DNA of 64,000 nt from the human T2T-CHM13v2.0 reference genome, Homo sapiens: assembly GCF_009914755.1 (NCBI RefSeq), contig NC_060946.1; one strand, given 5' to 3'. The notes under the pieces were generated by a model that saw only the letters and a program-made list of their open reading frames with translations, had not been told where the DNA came from and did not search any database. Of the stretch, positions 46,975 through 62,114 are shown in pieces. Each line of letters starts with the position of its first letter. Position 1 is the first letter of the stretch. Made by a program: the position numbers and the translations under genes.

Positions 46975-49900
46975 AGTCTTTATTTTTTAAGAGCAGTTTT
47001 AGGTTCACAGCAAAATTCAGAGAGAAAGATACAGAGAGTTTCCATACGCCACCTTCCCCAACACTTGTAGACATTTTTTTTATTTTTTTGAGATGGAGTC
47101 TTGCTCTGTCACCCAGGCTGAAGTGCAGTGGTGTGTTCTCGGCTCACTGCAACCTCTGCCTCCCAGGTTCAAGCAATTTTCCTGCCTCAGCCTCCTGAGT
47201 AGCTAGGACCACAGGTGCGTGCCACCACACCTAGCTAATTTTTTTGTGTATTTTTAGTAGAGAGGGGGTTTCACCATCTTGGCCAGGCTGGTCTTGAACT
47301 CCTGACTTCCTGACCATGATCCACCCACCTCAGCCTCCCAAAGTGCTGGGATTATAGGCGTGAGCCAACACGTGAGCCACGTGTAGACTTTCTATCAGCA
47401 CAGCCCACCACAGTGGTCCATTGGTTACAATTGATGAACCAACATTAACGTGTCCTAATCACCCAAAGTGCATAGTTTAGAGTTTACTCTTGGTGTGGTC
47501 CATTCTGTGGGTCTGGAAAAAATGTATAATGACATGTATCCACCATTATAGTATCATACAGAGTATTTCCACTGCTCTAAAATTTCTCTGTGTGGTCAAC
47601 TCCCAACACTCCCTCCACAACCCCTGATCTTTTTACTATCTCCACAGTTTTGCCTTTTCCAGAATGCCATATAGTTGGAATCATACAGTGCACAGGCTTT
47701 TCAGACTGGCATCTTTTACTTAGTAAAATGTGCATTTAAGGTTCCTCCGTGCCTTTTCATGGCTTAATAGCTCATTTCTTTTCAGAGCGGAATAATATCC
47801 CATTGTCAGGATGTACCACAGTTTATGTATCCATTTACCTACTGAAGGATATCTTGGTTGCTTCCAAGTTTTGGCAGTTTTGAATAAAACTGTTATAAAC
47901 ATCCACATGTAGGTTTTCGTGTGGACATAAGTTTTCAACTCCCTTGGGTAAATACCAAGGAGTGTAATTGCTGGATCACATGATAAGAGTGTGTTTAGTT
48001 TTATAAGAGGCTGTCAAACTGTCAAATCAAAGTAGCTGTACCGTTTTGCATTCCAACAGCAATAAATGAGAGTTCCTATTGCACCTCATCCTTGCCAATG
48101 TTCCAGATTTTGGCCATTCTAATAGCTGTGTAGTGGCATATCATTGTTGTTTTAATTTGCATTTCTCTGATGACATATGATGTAGAGCAACTTTTTATAT
48201 GTTTATTTACCATCTGCATATCTTTGGTGAGATGTCTGTTAAAGTCTTTGGCACATTTACTAAGCTGGTTGCTTTTTTTCTTATTGCTGAGTGTTAAGTG
48301 TTCTTTTTATACTTTGGTTAGCCGTTCCTTATCAGATGTGTCTTTTGCAAATGTATTCTCCCAGTCTGTGGCTTGTCTTCTCATTCTCTTGATACTGTCT
48401 TTCACAGAGCAGAAGTTTTCTATTTTAATGAAGTCTAGCCTATTAGTTATTTCTTCCACAGATCGTGCCTTTGTTGTCGTATCTAAAAGTCATTACTATA
48501 CCCAAGATCATCTAGGTTTTCTCCTATGTTATCTTCTGGGAGTTCCATAGTTCTGGGTTTTACATTTAGGTCTATGATCCACTTTGAGTTAATTTTTGTG
48601 AAGGGTATAAGTCTATCTCTAGATGTATTTTTTGCATGTGGATGTCCAGTTGTTTCAGTAACATTTATTGAAAAGACTATTTTTGCTCTGTTGTATTGTA
48701 CTTGCTCCTTTGTGAAAGATCAGCTGACTATATTTATGTGGGTTTATTTCTGGGCTTTCTATTCTGTTCCATTGATATAGTCATTCTTTCACCAATTCCA
48801 CAGTGTCTTGATTACTATCACTTTATACTAAGTCCTTCAAGTCAGAGAGTGTCAGTCTTCCAACTTCATTTTTCTCTTTCAATATCGTGTTGGCTATTCT
48901 GAGTCTTTTGCTCCACATATAAACTTTAGAATCAGTTTGCCAATATTCACGTAATAAACTTGCTGGGATTTGAATTTGAACTGCATTGAATCTACAGATA
49001 AAGTTAGGAAGGTCTGATATCTTGATAACATTGTCTTCCTATTCATGTACATATCTCTCCATTTATTTAGTTCTTTGATGTCATTCATCATTATAGTTTC
49101 CCTTATATAGACCTTATGCATATTTTGTTAGATTTTTACCTAAGTATTTCATTTTAAAGGTGTTAATGTGAATAGTCTTGTGTTTTTAATTTAAAATCCC
49201 ACTTGTTCATTGCTGATATGTAAGAAAGCAATTGATGTTTATACATTAACCTGGCATCCTGCAACCTTGCTCTAATTGCTTATTAGTTCCATGCGTTTTT
49301 TGTCAGTTCTTTTGGATTTTCTACACAGACAATCATGTCATCTGTGAACAAAAACAATTTTATTTCTTCTTTCTCAATATGTGTACTCTTCTTTCCTTTT
49401 CTTGTCTTATTACATTCATTAGTAATGCCAGTATGATGCTGAAAAGTAGTACAGGAGATATCCTTCCTGATTTTAGTGAAAGAGCTTTAAATTTCTCACC
49501 ACTACGTGTGATATTAGCTGTAGGTTTTTTGTATTTTTTATCAAGTTGAGGAAATTCATCTCTATTCATACTTTACTGAGACTTTTAATCATGATTGACT
49601 TTTGGATTCTGTCAAATGCCTGTTATTCATCTACTTATATGATCATGTAATTTTTCTTCCCTGGCTTACTGATGTAATGGATTACATTAATTGATTTCAA
49701 ATTGAATCAGCCTTGCACGGCTGGGATAAATCTTACTTGATGGTGTACAATTCTTTTTATGCACTGGTGAATTTGATTTGCCAATATTTTGTTTAGGATT
49801 TTTGTATTTATGTTCATGGGAGATATTGGTCTGTAGTTTTCTTTTCTTGTAATGGCTTTTTCTGGTTTTGGTATTAGGGTCATGCTTGCCTCATAGAATG

Positions 49901-49985
49901 ATGTAGAAAGTATTCCCTCTGTTTCTATCCTCTGAAAGAGATTATAGGGAATTGGTACAATTTCTTCCTCAAATGTTTGGTAGTC
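46975..49985 (-). mobile_element. ~3-kb L1MC-type element (3' UTR and ORF2 from RT to C-terminus)
   Basis: ORF 49707-50027 ([13 protein letters not shown]...[22 protein letters not shown]) and ORF 47720-47938 (KTWKQPRYPSVGKWIHKLWYI) match L1 ORF2. Confidence 0.95.
47074..47380 (-). mobile_element. AluS nested in the L1
   Basis: TSD tgtagac; small local duplications (ctcctgacttcctgac; cgtgagcca twice). Confidence 0.93.
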
Positions 49986-50009
49986 AATCTTATCTCTTAC
50001 TGTGCTCAA

Positions 50010-51660
50010 TACCTGGGCCCTTGACACCCTACACTACTGGCCTTATTTGATATCCTAGAGCCAAATGCTTCCAACTTTGGCAGTAAGATAGACTACTCTG
50101 TTCTTCTGGATGTGGAACACCCATGTGTCCATTCTGGAGCTCATTGTTAAGAAAGACGTGCCTCTTCTTTACTCCTGATGGCTCTTTCTCTGTGGAGGGA
50201 GCTCAACTAGTGAAACACACCTGTACTTAACTATTTTTGTTTATCTGATTTGTGATTTTTGGAGAAGAAATTGGGTATGCATCAGCCAGTGACTTTCTGC
50301 TCTGTTTTTTTTTCTTGGGATCATGCCAAACATGAAACAGGGTCTGTTGTCACATGGGCAATCTGGACATGATTCAACACTCCTGTGACATGATGGATAT
50401 ATATGCTTAATTCTAGTACTAAAGATTCTCCTGGCCTGAAGATGTGTTAAACTTATCAATAGCAACTCTTGGTAATAAAGGTGGCATTTTGGTTTTCCCT
50501 TTGCTTGTTATTTTTATATCTCTCACACTTAGGTAAATTAAGTTGGAAAAAGAGGTGCTATTATTTAGCTTCTTTCAAACCCCATTGCAAACCTCTATTG
50601 CCATATCAGTTTCTGCCACAGCTGTCCAACTTTGGTGATGGAAATTTGCACAGTCTTTCAGCTCAGTCTCTCACTGTTTGGGGAACAATATGCCTGGCTC
50701 GTAAAGAAGTGCAAACTATGGTAAGACTGACAATTAGACAATAACCTCTGTCTATGGTGATCTACCCAGTTGAGTGAACATTTAATAACTACCAGCCAGT
50801 CCATATATCTCCATCTGGTCCATAAGCTATTAGAGTCCATCTCACAGAGCTTGCTGAAGTCTAAATGCATCCCAGTGTTCTACTTAGCTGGCAAAAGCAA
50901 CAGAAAAGAAAGTGACACTAAGTTTGTCCTGACCTTTTGTTAGTAAAGGCTACTAAATACATGGCAAAGCTAATCTTAGAAATTTTTTATTACCTCTATA
51001 TCTGGGATATACTGCATACTCAACAAATGTTTCATGAATGAGTTAACTAATCAAATAAACCTTTGATAACTCCTAATAATTATTTTTAAGTTATAAATAT
51101 TTATAAGCCATCTTTTTAATGATAATTCCTTCATTCCCCCCCCCCCGCCATTTTAAACTCATTAATATATATCTAGAATCCCTCCTTTTTTCCTTGTTGG
51201 TAAAACAAATCAATATTTACCTTACTCTAGTCTTCCAGCCTAACTCTCCTTCTCCATCATTTCTTAATGAGTAGTAATGTTGACTTCATCAACATGCATG
51301 CATTTTATTAATACATTCTGTGCCCTGAGATGTAATTATTCTGGTCCCGGGAATTTGAATTCATTTAAAGCATATTAAACGTTCTCTTATTATTATCTTC
51401 TATCTTTAGGGAAGTGTCCTCTTCAAGATAGCTTTTCTACCATTTATAGTTAGGAATTGTTCCCTTTGGCAGTAAAGCAAAGTAGGAATTGAGTCGTTTA
51501 TTTTTCTTCCTTTTAAGTTTTAACATTCTAACATTTGCCCAAAGACGTGTGCCTTCCTTTGTTTGTTGGTGGTGTTATTTACAACTTTGTCAGCCTCTGC
51601 TCTTCCAAGCAACATTCTTTTGGGTTCATGTAATTCTTTGTTGGTTTTTCTTTTTGGCTA
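50010..51660 (-). mobile_element. Ancient L3/CR1 LINE remnant (RT region)
   Basis: ORF 50658-50870 (HLDFSK...SLNWVDHHRQRLL) resembles CR1 RT YLDFSKAFD...WL..R.QRV; PGP-like motif near 51340. Confidence 0.7.
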
Positions 51661-52215
51661 TGAATCCCATCGTATTCTTTACAAATGCTTAAAGAACAGA
51701 ATTTAGGAGACACTCTTTGGGGTCACTCCATTTTTCTGAGAGCCCACTGCTAGAGTTAGGGTTTGTGTAACGTCATCATGGTCTTTGACCAAAGTGTGAT
51801 AGACAAGGGATGGATACATGGGGAATCAGACTCTTTCTCTCAGCAATTTGGAGCTGAGACTGAATTGGCATTTTTAGTCTGGGCTGGCCATTAGAATGGG
51901 GAGATTATGAGCTCAGAAGGTGTGACGTGGAATGTAACTGGATTATACAGAAAGAATTATTGAAAGGAGAATGAACAGACGTGTCAAGTGAAGTGGAGAC
52001 AGCGAATCAGGCTGTGAGAACCTGAGAAAGCTACTTAGCCACTCTGTTTGCTCGTAGATATGATAGGGATAATGCTGCCTATCTTATAGGGTTGTTGTGA
52101 CAATTAAATTGATTAAAAACATAAAGTTCTTAGAACAATTATAATCATATCATAAGGGAACTAATAAGTGCAAGTCATTTTTATTACCCTTGTTTTTCCC
52201 CCAGGCCCTAAACTA

Positions 52216-52773
<558 letters not shown>

Positions 52774-52927
52774 TCATTCTTTCCTTCTTGGTTTTTTTTT
52801 TTTTTTTAGTAAAAGAACGCTAAATCTTTAGCTTGCCACCTATGTAAAAGACTGCACTTCCCAGCCTCCTTTTAGCAAGGTTTGGTTATGTGACCAAGTT
52901 CTAGCCAATAAGATGCGTGGGAATAAG

Positions 52928-53370
52928 TGAAAGCTACCCAAAGTGGGAGCAAACAGGCTGTTTCTTCAGAACTTGCTACAGCAATGAAAGCAGCCACTAC
53001 CACGTGCATTTGGCAGGGACTCAAAGGCAGGCCAAGGAGTAGGAAAGCTTATCACGAAAAAAAGAGGAAGGCTTCAGGAGTGCTCCTATTGAAGGTTTTT
53101 GGCCTGGGGAAGCTGGAGGTGGGCTAACTAGAAATGGGACATGGTGTGTGACTGGATTGGGGAGCATGTTTGGATTTCCCTCGTTGGGCCTGTGTTGGAA
53201 GCAGGGGACAAAAACTAGGACAGCTGGCAGTCTTTGAGCAAGCTCTGACAATAGTAGGCCCATTGTTGAAGAGGTTGTGGTTTGGTTGGTTGCTACAGAG
53301 GTTGTGGGTCAGAGTTCCATTGTCAGATATGGTCTGGCCATTGTCTATTTTATATACAGTTTCTCCGTGC
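52928..53370. mobile_element. LTR-like insertion within an old MLT1 element
   Basis: Starts TG; flanked by taag / taag; MLT1-like text (ctagccaataagatg...aagcaaatgtg) on both sides. Confidence 0.5.
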
Positions 53371-53419
53371 TAAGCAAATGTGCTACATATCACTGTGGGG
53401 ACATCTCCTTTCAAAGAAG

Positions 53420-53660
53420 GGATAGCTAAGGCTATAGACTCCAGAGCCAGAATGACTCAGTTTAAATTCCAGGTCTGCCACTTACAAGCTGTGTGACCCT
53501 GAGCAAGTCACCCAACCTCACTGTGGTTCAATTTCCAATTCTTAAATGGGACAATAATAGAACCTGCCTCACTGGGTTGCTAGAAGAAGTAATGAAATAA
53601 TATGTAAAGCACTTAGGACAGTCTCTGGTCCATAGTACTTACTAGGTTTATTGATAGTAT
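53420..53660 (+). mobile_element. MIR
   Basis: ctgtgtgaccctgagcaagtcacccaacctc core. Confidence 0.85.
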
Positions 53661-53777
53661 CATTCTTCTTCTCTTTCTCTACTTGGTCTGTAGTTCAAGG
53701 TCCTTAAACTATCTTGGACCTTGAAGCAGAATTCTGATGCTGGAGGTGGTGACATAAAAGGAGCTCATATCTAATAA

Positions 53778-54128
<351 letters not shown>

Positions 54129-55279
54129 TAAACTTCTATCTTAGTTGAGTCATTGGTATTTTAACTTTCACATTCAGTAATATAGAATCCTTTCTCATAT
54201 AGCAGGAAAGGAGTAGAGCTGCTAGATCTGAAATGCAGACTAAAACAGCAGGAAAAATGGAACAACGCGTGGACACTCTGGACTGCTGACCAAATGCTGG
54301 AGAGGCTTCCTCTGCTCTCTGGTATCCTCTTGGATGAAGTTGGGTGAGGATGTCTCCAAAACAATCAAAATTTTGTGTCCCTCCAGCCTGGCAAAATGAG
54401 AGCATCAAACCCAGATGTAAGTTGATTTTAATAAAAGAAAGCCATTCAATATTCTCGTATATCTGAGTTTGTTGCTTGAGATTCACAACAAGCTACACAG
54501 GCTTAGCTGCCCTTAGGTTTTTTAATTTGTCCCAGAAACCTTTAAATGCATTCCTCTTTATTTGATTTTTTAAGTTAACTCAAAGTGAATTTGTTACTTG
54601 CACCCAAAAGGACCCTACCTAAAACATAGGTTCTATCTGTGCAGCCACATTCATTTCTGAAACTATCTTCTTTTATCTCTGGCTAGGAATGTTTTAAATC
54701 ATATTGTCAGACTCATTTTGAGGGTCCTGTTATCCAACTTGAGGTGTTTTGCTTTTTTGAAGAGTCAGTTCCCGGGATCAAGTTCATATTTCACTTCCCG
54801 TTTGACAGCTGCATTATCAAAGTTTAGCGCCTGGGGTTTCCTCTCTTCACCCCCTGCAGATTCCATGCTGACCTGTTTCTTTCATTTCCTCATCATTTCC
54901 AGGCAACCAGTCAGTTGTCCCTTATTGATCTAAATCAAGTCCAGAATGGCAGATCTTGCTGCTTCCTCTGCCAGCCGAGCAGGGAACTGTCAGCAAGACA
55001 AGCCAAGAATTTATCAGCTGTAATTCTTCCTGCAGAATTGGTCTACCTAGAGATGTATAGCTCTTTCAATCTTTCCAATGTGGTTTTGCACATCTGGAGG
55101 ACGATAGAAGAGATTCTCAGGCATGGTATGAGTACCATCTATGGGGAATGTCTGTGTTATTTAAACCATTCACAGAGCCAGCGTTCTTTGAAATGGGTTG
55201 ACTTTTAAATAAACCGAAGCCGAAAGTTGCAGAAAAGTTGAAAAGAACACAGAGAGAAATGGGCACCAGGAGTGTGAAA

Positions 55280-55790
55280 CTTAAACCTCCCGCTCTGCCA
55301 CTAATTCACTGTAATCCTGGGCAAGCCATTTTAACCTTCTAGGCTTTACTTCTCTCATCTGTAAAATGGGGATAATTAATCTCTTTTCTGGATAGCTTGC
55401 AACATTGGCTGGTAAAGTGCTTGGGAACATAATAATGTATAATATTGCCATGACCTGAATATGCCAACAATGCCAGACTTCCATTCCCATATTAATTATT
55501 GTTCCAGTCATGCATGTGGAAGAAGAAAGAAAAGTAGCATCTATTCAGCACCAAGTAGGTACCAGGCACTATGCTAAGGATGTTACACATGCATTTTCAT
55601 TTCACCTTCACCCTAGCCTCATGCGGTCTGTATCAACTCACATATTTCTGTTCATTTTGTTCATATATTCATTTTGCAGACAAGACTCAAAGAGTTTACA
55701 TGATTAGTTACCCACAGTCTCAGACTGGTAAATTTCAGAGACAAAATTCAAATTTCTGGGTTTACTCCAAAGCTGGTGATCACACAGATC
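55280..55790. mobile_element. Two MIRs in opposite orientation
   Basis: ctcatctgtaaaatggggataat (+); cattttgcagacaagactca (-). Confidence 0.75.
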
Positions 55791-55807
55791 ATTAAAAATG
55801 GAGGTGA

Positions 55808-56127
<320 letters not shown>

Positions 56128-56134
56128 AGGTGAA

Positions 56135-56352
56135 GGCTGGGCACTGTGGCTCATGCCTGTAATCCCAGCACTTTGGGAGGTGGAGGTGGGTGGATCACTT
56201 GAGCCCAGGAGTTTGAGACCAGACTAGGCAACATGGTGAAATCCCATCGCTACAAAAAATACAAAAACTAGGTGGCACACACCTGTAGTCCTAGCTACTT
56301 GGAAGGTAAAACAAAAACAAAAACAAAAACAAAAACAAAAAAACAAAAAAAA
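56135..56352 (+). mobile_element. Partial AluJ ending in an (AAAAAC)n tract
   Basis: cacttgagcccaggagtttgag; body stops at ctacttggaagg. Confidence 0.88.
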
Positions 56353-56639
56353 GGCAGAGGGGTGGGAGGGAATGAGTAGCTGGAATTCCAAGTTAATCTT
56401 AAAGAAGCCATTTTCTCTTGGCTGTGAGGAGGAAGTAGACCTCCCTAGGAGATAACGCATCTGCCCAGAGGACACAGAAAGCCTTTAAATAGCCCTTAAC
56501 GGGATAGGAGCAGGAAGGGCTTTAGAAATCATCTCAACCAACTCTCCCATGTTAGGGACGAGGAAGAGGAAGCTCAGAGAGGGGAATAAGTTGCTCAAGA
56601 ATGAGCAGCTGTGGAGAGGTGGGTTTGGGAAGAGAATCT

Positions 56640-57310
<671 letters not shown>

Positions 57311-57341
57311 GAGTGTGGTGTTAGATGCGGAGAAATGGAAG

Positions 57342-57696
57342 TGTCAGAGGCATTTGAATCAGAGCAACTCCATCTTGAGTGAGGACTAGGAACATGAGGC
57401 TGGGACTTTCTGGACTGCATTTCCAGAAAGTTCGGTATTTCTAGCCTCTAGATGTTTACGGTTAAGGGAACAAATTAATACATTTACTAAACAAACCCAG
57501 ACTTGGGAGTGTCCTGATATCCCAATATCTTGAGAACAGAGGCATTCCTAATTTTGTTTTAAAGATAATATCAATTCTTGCAAAATATAGTAACTAATAT
57601 AGTAATTAAGAAAATTTGCTTTTGCTTTGTATCGTGGACTCACTCTGATTCCTTTACCTCTCTTGGGGTCTGGATCGGGACCCCTTTCCTGTAACA
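57342..57696 (+). mobile_element. MER41-family solo LTR (ERV1), internally deleted
   Basis: tgtcagaggcatttgaatcagagcaactccatcttg...ggggtctggatcgggacccctttcctgtaaca; flanks gaag / gcag. Confidence 0.9.
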
Positions 57697-57741
57697 GCAG
57701 GAGAGAACAGAACCTGCAGCACCATGTAGGCCTTGATATAA

Positions 57742-58054
<313 letters not shown>

Positions 58055-58196
58055 AACTTTATCTTTATTCTAAGAAATGCTGAAGGGTTTATCTGATTCC
58101 TGTTCCCATTCCTTACCTTTAACCACATTGACAATGTTAAGGACAAGTGAGAGAGAAGGCAGATTCAATTACTATCCACGAGAAATCCAAAGGGCA

Positions 58197-58265
58197 ACAC
58201 ACACACACACACACACACAAACACACACATGCACGGACACACACACACATACACACACAGACACT
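58197..58265. repeat. (CA)n microsatellite
   Basis: Seen directly. Confidence 0.95.
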
Positions 58266-58709
58266 TAGGAAAAAAATTCCTTCACTTTTTTGCCACATCG
58301 TAGTTTTCTAGCAACCTGGCTGGTCAACTGCCTTCCATTTCTCTGCAAGCCTGATTTGTATGTGCACAGTACGTGTGTGTGCATGGACACACACACACAC
58401 TTTACATGCATATCTTCATCTTAGCAAACAATGTCTTGACATTTCTGATACAGGAACTACAGAGCTTATTCTGATTAATCTCATTAAATTCCAATTAGTT
58501 TACCCACTTGGGTCATTGAATCCACAATTACTTGCTGTCATGATGCTGAAAATAAGGCCCATCCTGGCTTCTCCAAATGATGACAATTCAATGGTGAGGT
58601 CTCTTCTGGTGTGATGAAGTTCCACTCTCTGCTTCCAGAAGTTAGAGAAGACCCAGGAGTGCCATTCTTAAGCCACTTTGGAAGGTCTGTGCTGCAACCT
58701 GCCTGCCTT

Positions 58710-59200
58710 GTTGAATGTTGCTCTTCCGTATCTACCACATGCATCTGGTATTTTGACATCTGGGGTCTTGCTGACCCTGGAGAGACTGGCCCTCCCAGGT
58801 CTGGCCAATTTGCGTTCCATATGCAAATTAACCAAGCCCATGCTTATAACCACCCTCAACTCCCATTATCGAGCAGTTTCACTTTGGGCCATTATTCCCT
58901 TGCTATAAACATACCAGGTACCGAGCAACTAGAGATCACCCTTACACCAAAGAGCCCACTGAAATTATTCACACTAGCCAATCCTAAGCCTGTTTATCCT
59001 ACCTCACCTGCTCCTTCCCACTGAAACCCCGCAAAGCCTCTTGCCCACATTTTCTTCCCACCCCCCTGCCTCCTGACCCACCCTGGCGCTTCCCCTGTGG
59101 CCCTGTAAGGCGTGGCATGCCCCCTCCTCTCCTCTGGGGAACGGTGCGTAACAAACTGCCTTTTCAACGGCATCCCTAAATAATAAAACCAACATTTAAA
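58710..59200 (+). mobile_element. MER74-like ERVL LTR
   Basis: ttttgacatctggggtcttgctgaccctggagagactggccctcccagg...aataaaacc. Confidence 0.75.
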
Positions 59201-59279
59201 AACACCTTCCTCAGACTCTCTTCTTTCATTTGCTTCTGAGAAATCCCACTTGAAAGCTCTCTGGCCTCCCTGGCATGTG

Positions 59280-59500
59280 CTAGCTGGAAGGCATGGGCTT
59301 TGGGGTCTGGCTGACCTGAGCTGACAGCTCCACTGTGCCCCTTTCCAACCGCTGGGCTGTGAGTCTCTTATGTCACCTTCTCGACCCATCTGGAGAAATG
59401 AGGATCACAGCGTCTATTTCATAGGGTTTGCCTGGGGATTAAATGAGATAATGCCGGCCATGCATCTAGCAGAGGACCTGGGACAGCGGTTTGCTGAACC
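59280..59500 (+). mobile_element. MIR
   Basis: catagggtttgcctggggattaaatgagataat. Confidence 0.7.
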
Positions 59501-61615
59501 CACATTCGTTGCCTTCAGTGAACCGAGAGCCTCCTTTGCTGTCTGCCTCTGCCTGCCAGTTTTATTGTTCAGTCACGCAGGAATCTTGAGAAAACCCGTG
59601 GAAGATTTATTGTAAGCTTTTCAACCTTTGCTTCCTTTATTTGTTAACCTCCATCCAACCAGAGCGTTTTATTTTCCCCTTCATAAGCCCCTTGCAGGCT
59701 CTGGCAGGTTCTGAAAGAGCACTTTTGATGAACTGCTTGGACCCAGCACTCATCCTGGCTGCTCTCTCTTGCTGATGGCTCATTGAAGAGTGCTCCAAAG
59801 AGCACAGAATTGGAAAACGGCACATCCCCACCCCAGAAATGTCAGGGTTTTCAAAATGAAATGCCAATGAATTGCCCAAGGGAAGAACCATGCCTGGCAT
59901 GACCCAAAGTAACAGCAGTTCAGTCTCCGGAACATTATGGAATTTCAGTCAACACTCATTCAGCATGCGTGTACCAGCACCCCTTCGTGCTCGCCTGTGT
60001 GCCAAAGGTGGGAACACAGTGGTGAACAAGACACGGTCCTTTCTCTCAAGCAGTGCCCAGGTTAGCCTGAAGAGAGGAGGGTGGTGGAGGTTACTTATTG
60101 TGACAGCTAGAGGCTTCTCCACACAGTGCTGTAGCTGACATTCTCATGGTTTCGCTTTGTTTATCTATTCTATCTTTACGGAAGCTTTGCCATGTTTAAA
60201 CTTCCAGAGAGCAATGAGAATGGAGGCTTCTGGAAGTGCTCTGGGGCCCTGTCTCAGGCTCCCCTCTCTTCTTTACCTATGCTCACTCCTTAGACGATCT
60301 TATGCTGCCTCTACCAAAGGCACGTGGGCCATTTTTCTGTGTCCCAAATTCAAATTGTAATTCAAACGTGGCTCTCAGAAGAATAGCATGTGTGAAAATC
60401 TTGTTTCTTTTATAAAAGGTATGAAAAGGAAAAATAAGTGAACAAAAACCAAGACATAATACAAAACAAAAATCAAAAAAGAAAAAAAAAAAGACCAAAA
60501 CCAGCACTAAACCCTGTATTTGATTCCAGAAGTTGAGGAGGGTGAATTATACTGACTTTCTGTTAGTGTGGGGAGGTGTGAAGAAAATGAGACTCAGAAT
60601 CAGAAGACAATGACTGCTCTGCTAATGAGTTTAGAAAATAATGCTCTTTTTGCCTGTTTTCTCATCTCTGAAATGACTGCTTCTCTCTGTAGTAGAGAAT
60701 CAAACTCTACAGCAACCAGTTGCAGTGCTGCCTGTGATGTTTGCTCTCAGCTCTTAAGATCAATGCCTCAGAGGAATCTCTGTTGCAGGAATGCTCATAA
60801 GAACTAAACTCTTGGCTCTCTTTTCCCACTTAGTGAAGCACTACAGCTGAACAAGAGAAAAAAATAACGGATAAAGAAAGAGTTCTCTAGCAAACGATGC
60901 CATGTATTGATGGGGTGTTTGGAGTTGACAAAGTATCGTAAACACTCATGTTAGCGCCTTTGATCTCCACGAAAGCCTTAAAAGACGGGCAGGATTTCTT
61001 CCTTTTTTATAGGTGAGCAAACAAGGGCAAAGATGTAAACTGGCTTCACCGTCACCCGGCTGTTCAGTGGTGAGTAGAGACAGTGGTTCTGGCACATCCG
61101 GCTTCAAGAATGGAGCTCTCATGCCCAGGCCTACCACTTCCTAAAAGAACTCCTGGAAATTGTCCCTTCTCCTTTGATTTCAGTCAAACCCTTTCTGGGA
61201 GTACACGGAACAGTTAGGAAAGTCCCATTCCTTTCTGTTGAAAGCCCCATAGCCAGTCATCACTGTGGTTGCTGGTGCTACGACTGGGCCTCCTGCAGCC
61301 AGGGGACACAGGCTAGAGAGGGCCCCGGGTGCCTATCAGTGGCCCCAGACCATTGCTCTTCCTGAGCACACCTGCCGCTCATGCCATCTTGCCTCCTCAT
61401 GAACTGTTTCCTCTGCTGGAAGATCTTCAGTGCCCCCACCTGTCAATGTTGGACTCAGAGTCACCTCCTTAGGAACCGTTAACTGATGCCCAGCCTGGTC
61501 AGGCAGCCCCTCCACACTCCTGCAGTACTCTATTACGCCTGCCAGTCAGGATGATAACCAATGATCTCATTCTCTTTCAGGGACAGTGGGCTCCCTCTGC
61601 AGACATCCTTTCTTT

Positions 61616-62063
61616 CCTTCTTTCCTTCCTTCCCTTCCCTTTCCTTCCTTCCTTCCCTTCCCTTTCCTTCCTTCCTTCCTTCTTTCCTTCCTGACTTCCT
61701 TCCTTCACTCCCTCCCTCCTTTCTTTTTCTTTCTTCCCTCCCCTCCCCTCCGCTCGCCTCCCCTCCCCTTCCGTTCTTTCTTTCTTGGAGTCTCACACTG
61801 TTGCCCAGGTTGGACTGCAGTGGACTGATCTCAGCTCACTGAAACCTCCATCTTGGGGGTTCAAGTGATTCTTCTGCCTCAGCCTCCCAAGCAGCTGCGA
61901 TTACAGGCACGCACCACCATGCCCAGCTAGTTTTTTGTATTTTTAGTCGAGACGAGGTTTCACCAGGTTGGCCAGGCTGGTCTCGAAAACTCCTGACCTT
62001 GTGATTCGCCACCTCAGCCTCCCAAAGTGCCGGGATTACAGACATGAGCCACTGTGCCCGGCC
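61616..62063 (-). mobile_element. AluS whose tail expanded into a ~170-bp (CCTT/CTTT)n microsatellite
   Basis: 14-bp TSD gacatcctttcttt at 61602-61615 and 62064-62077 encloses both the Alu and the microsatellite. Confidence 0.95.
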
Positions 62064-62114
62064 GACATCCTTTCTTTGACCATAAATTCCTATCAGAATT
62101 CCTCTCTGTGTCAG

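Noticed and set aside
61561-61600. Splice-acceptor-like tctcattctctttcag|G (a similar one lies near 22080)
   Set aside because: No convincing paired donor or coding frame; such motifs are common. A lncRNA exon cannot be excluded without RNA data
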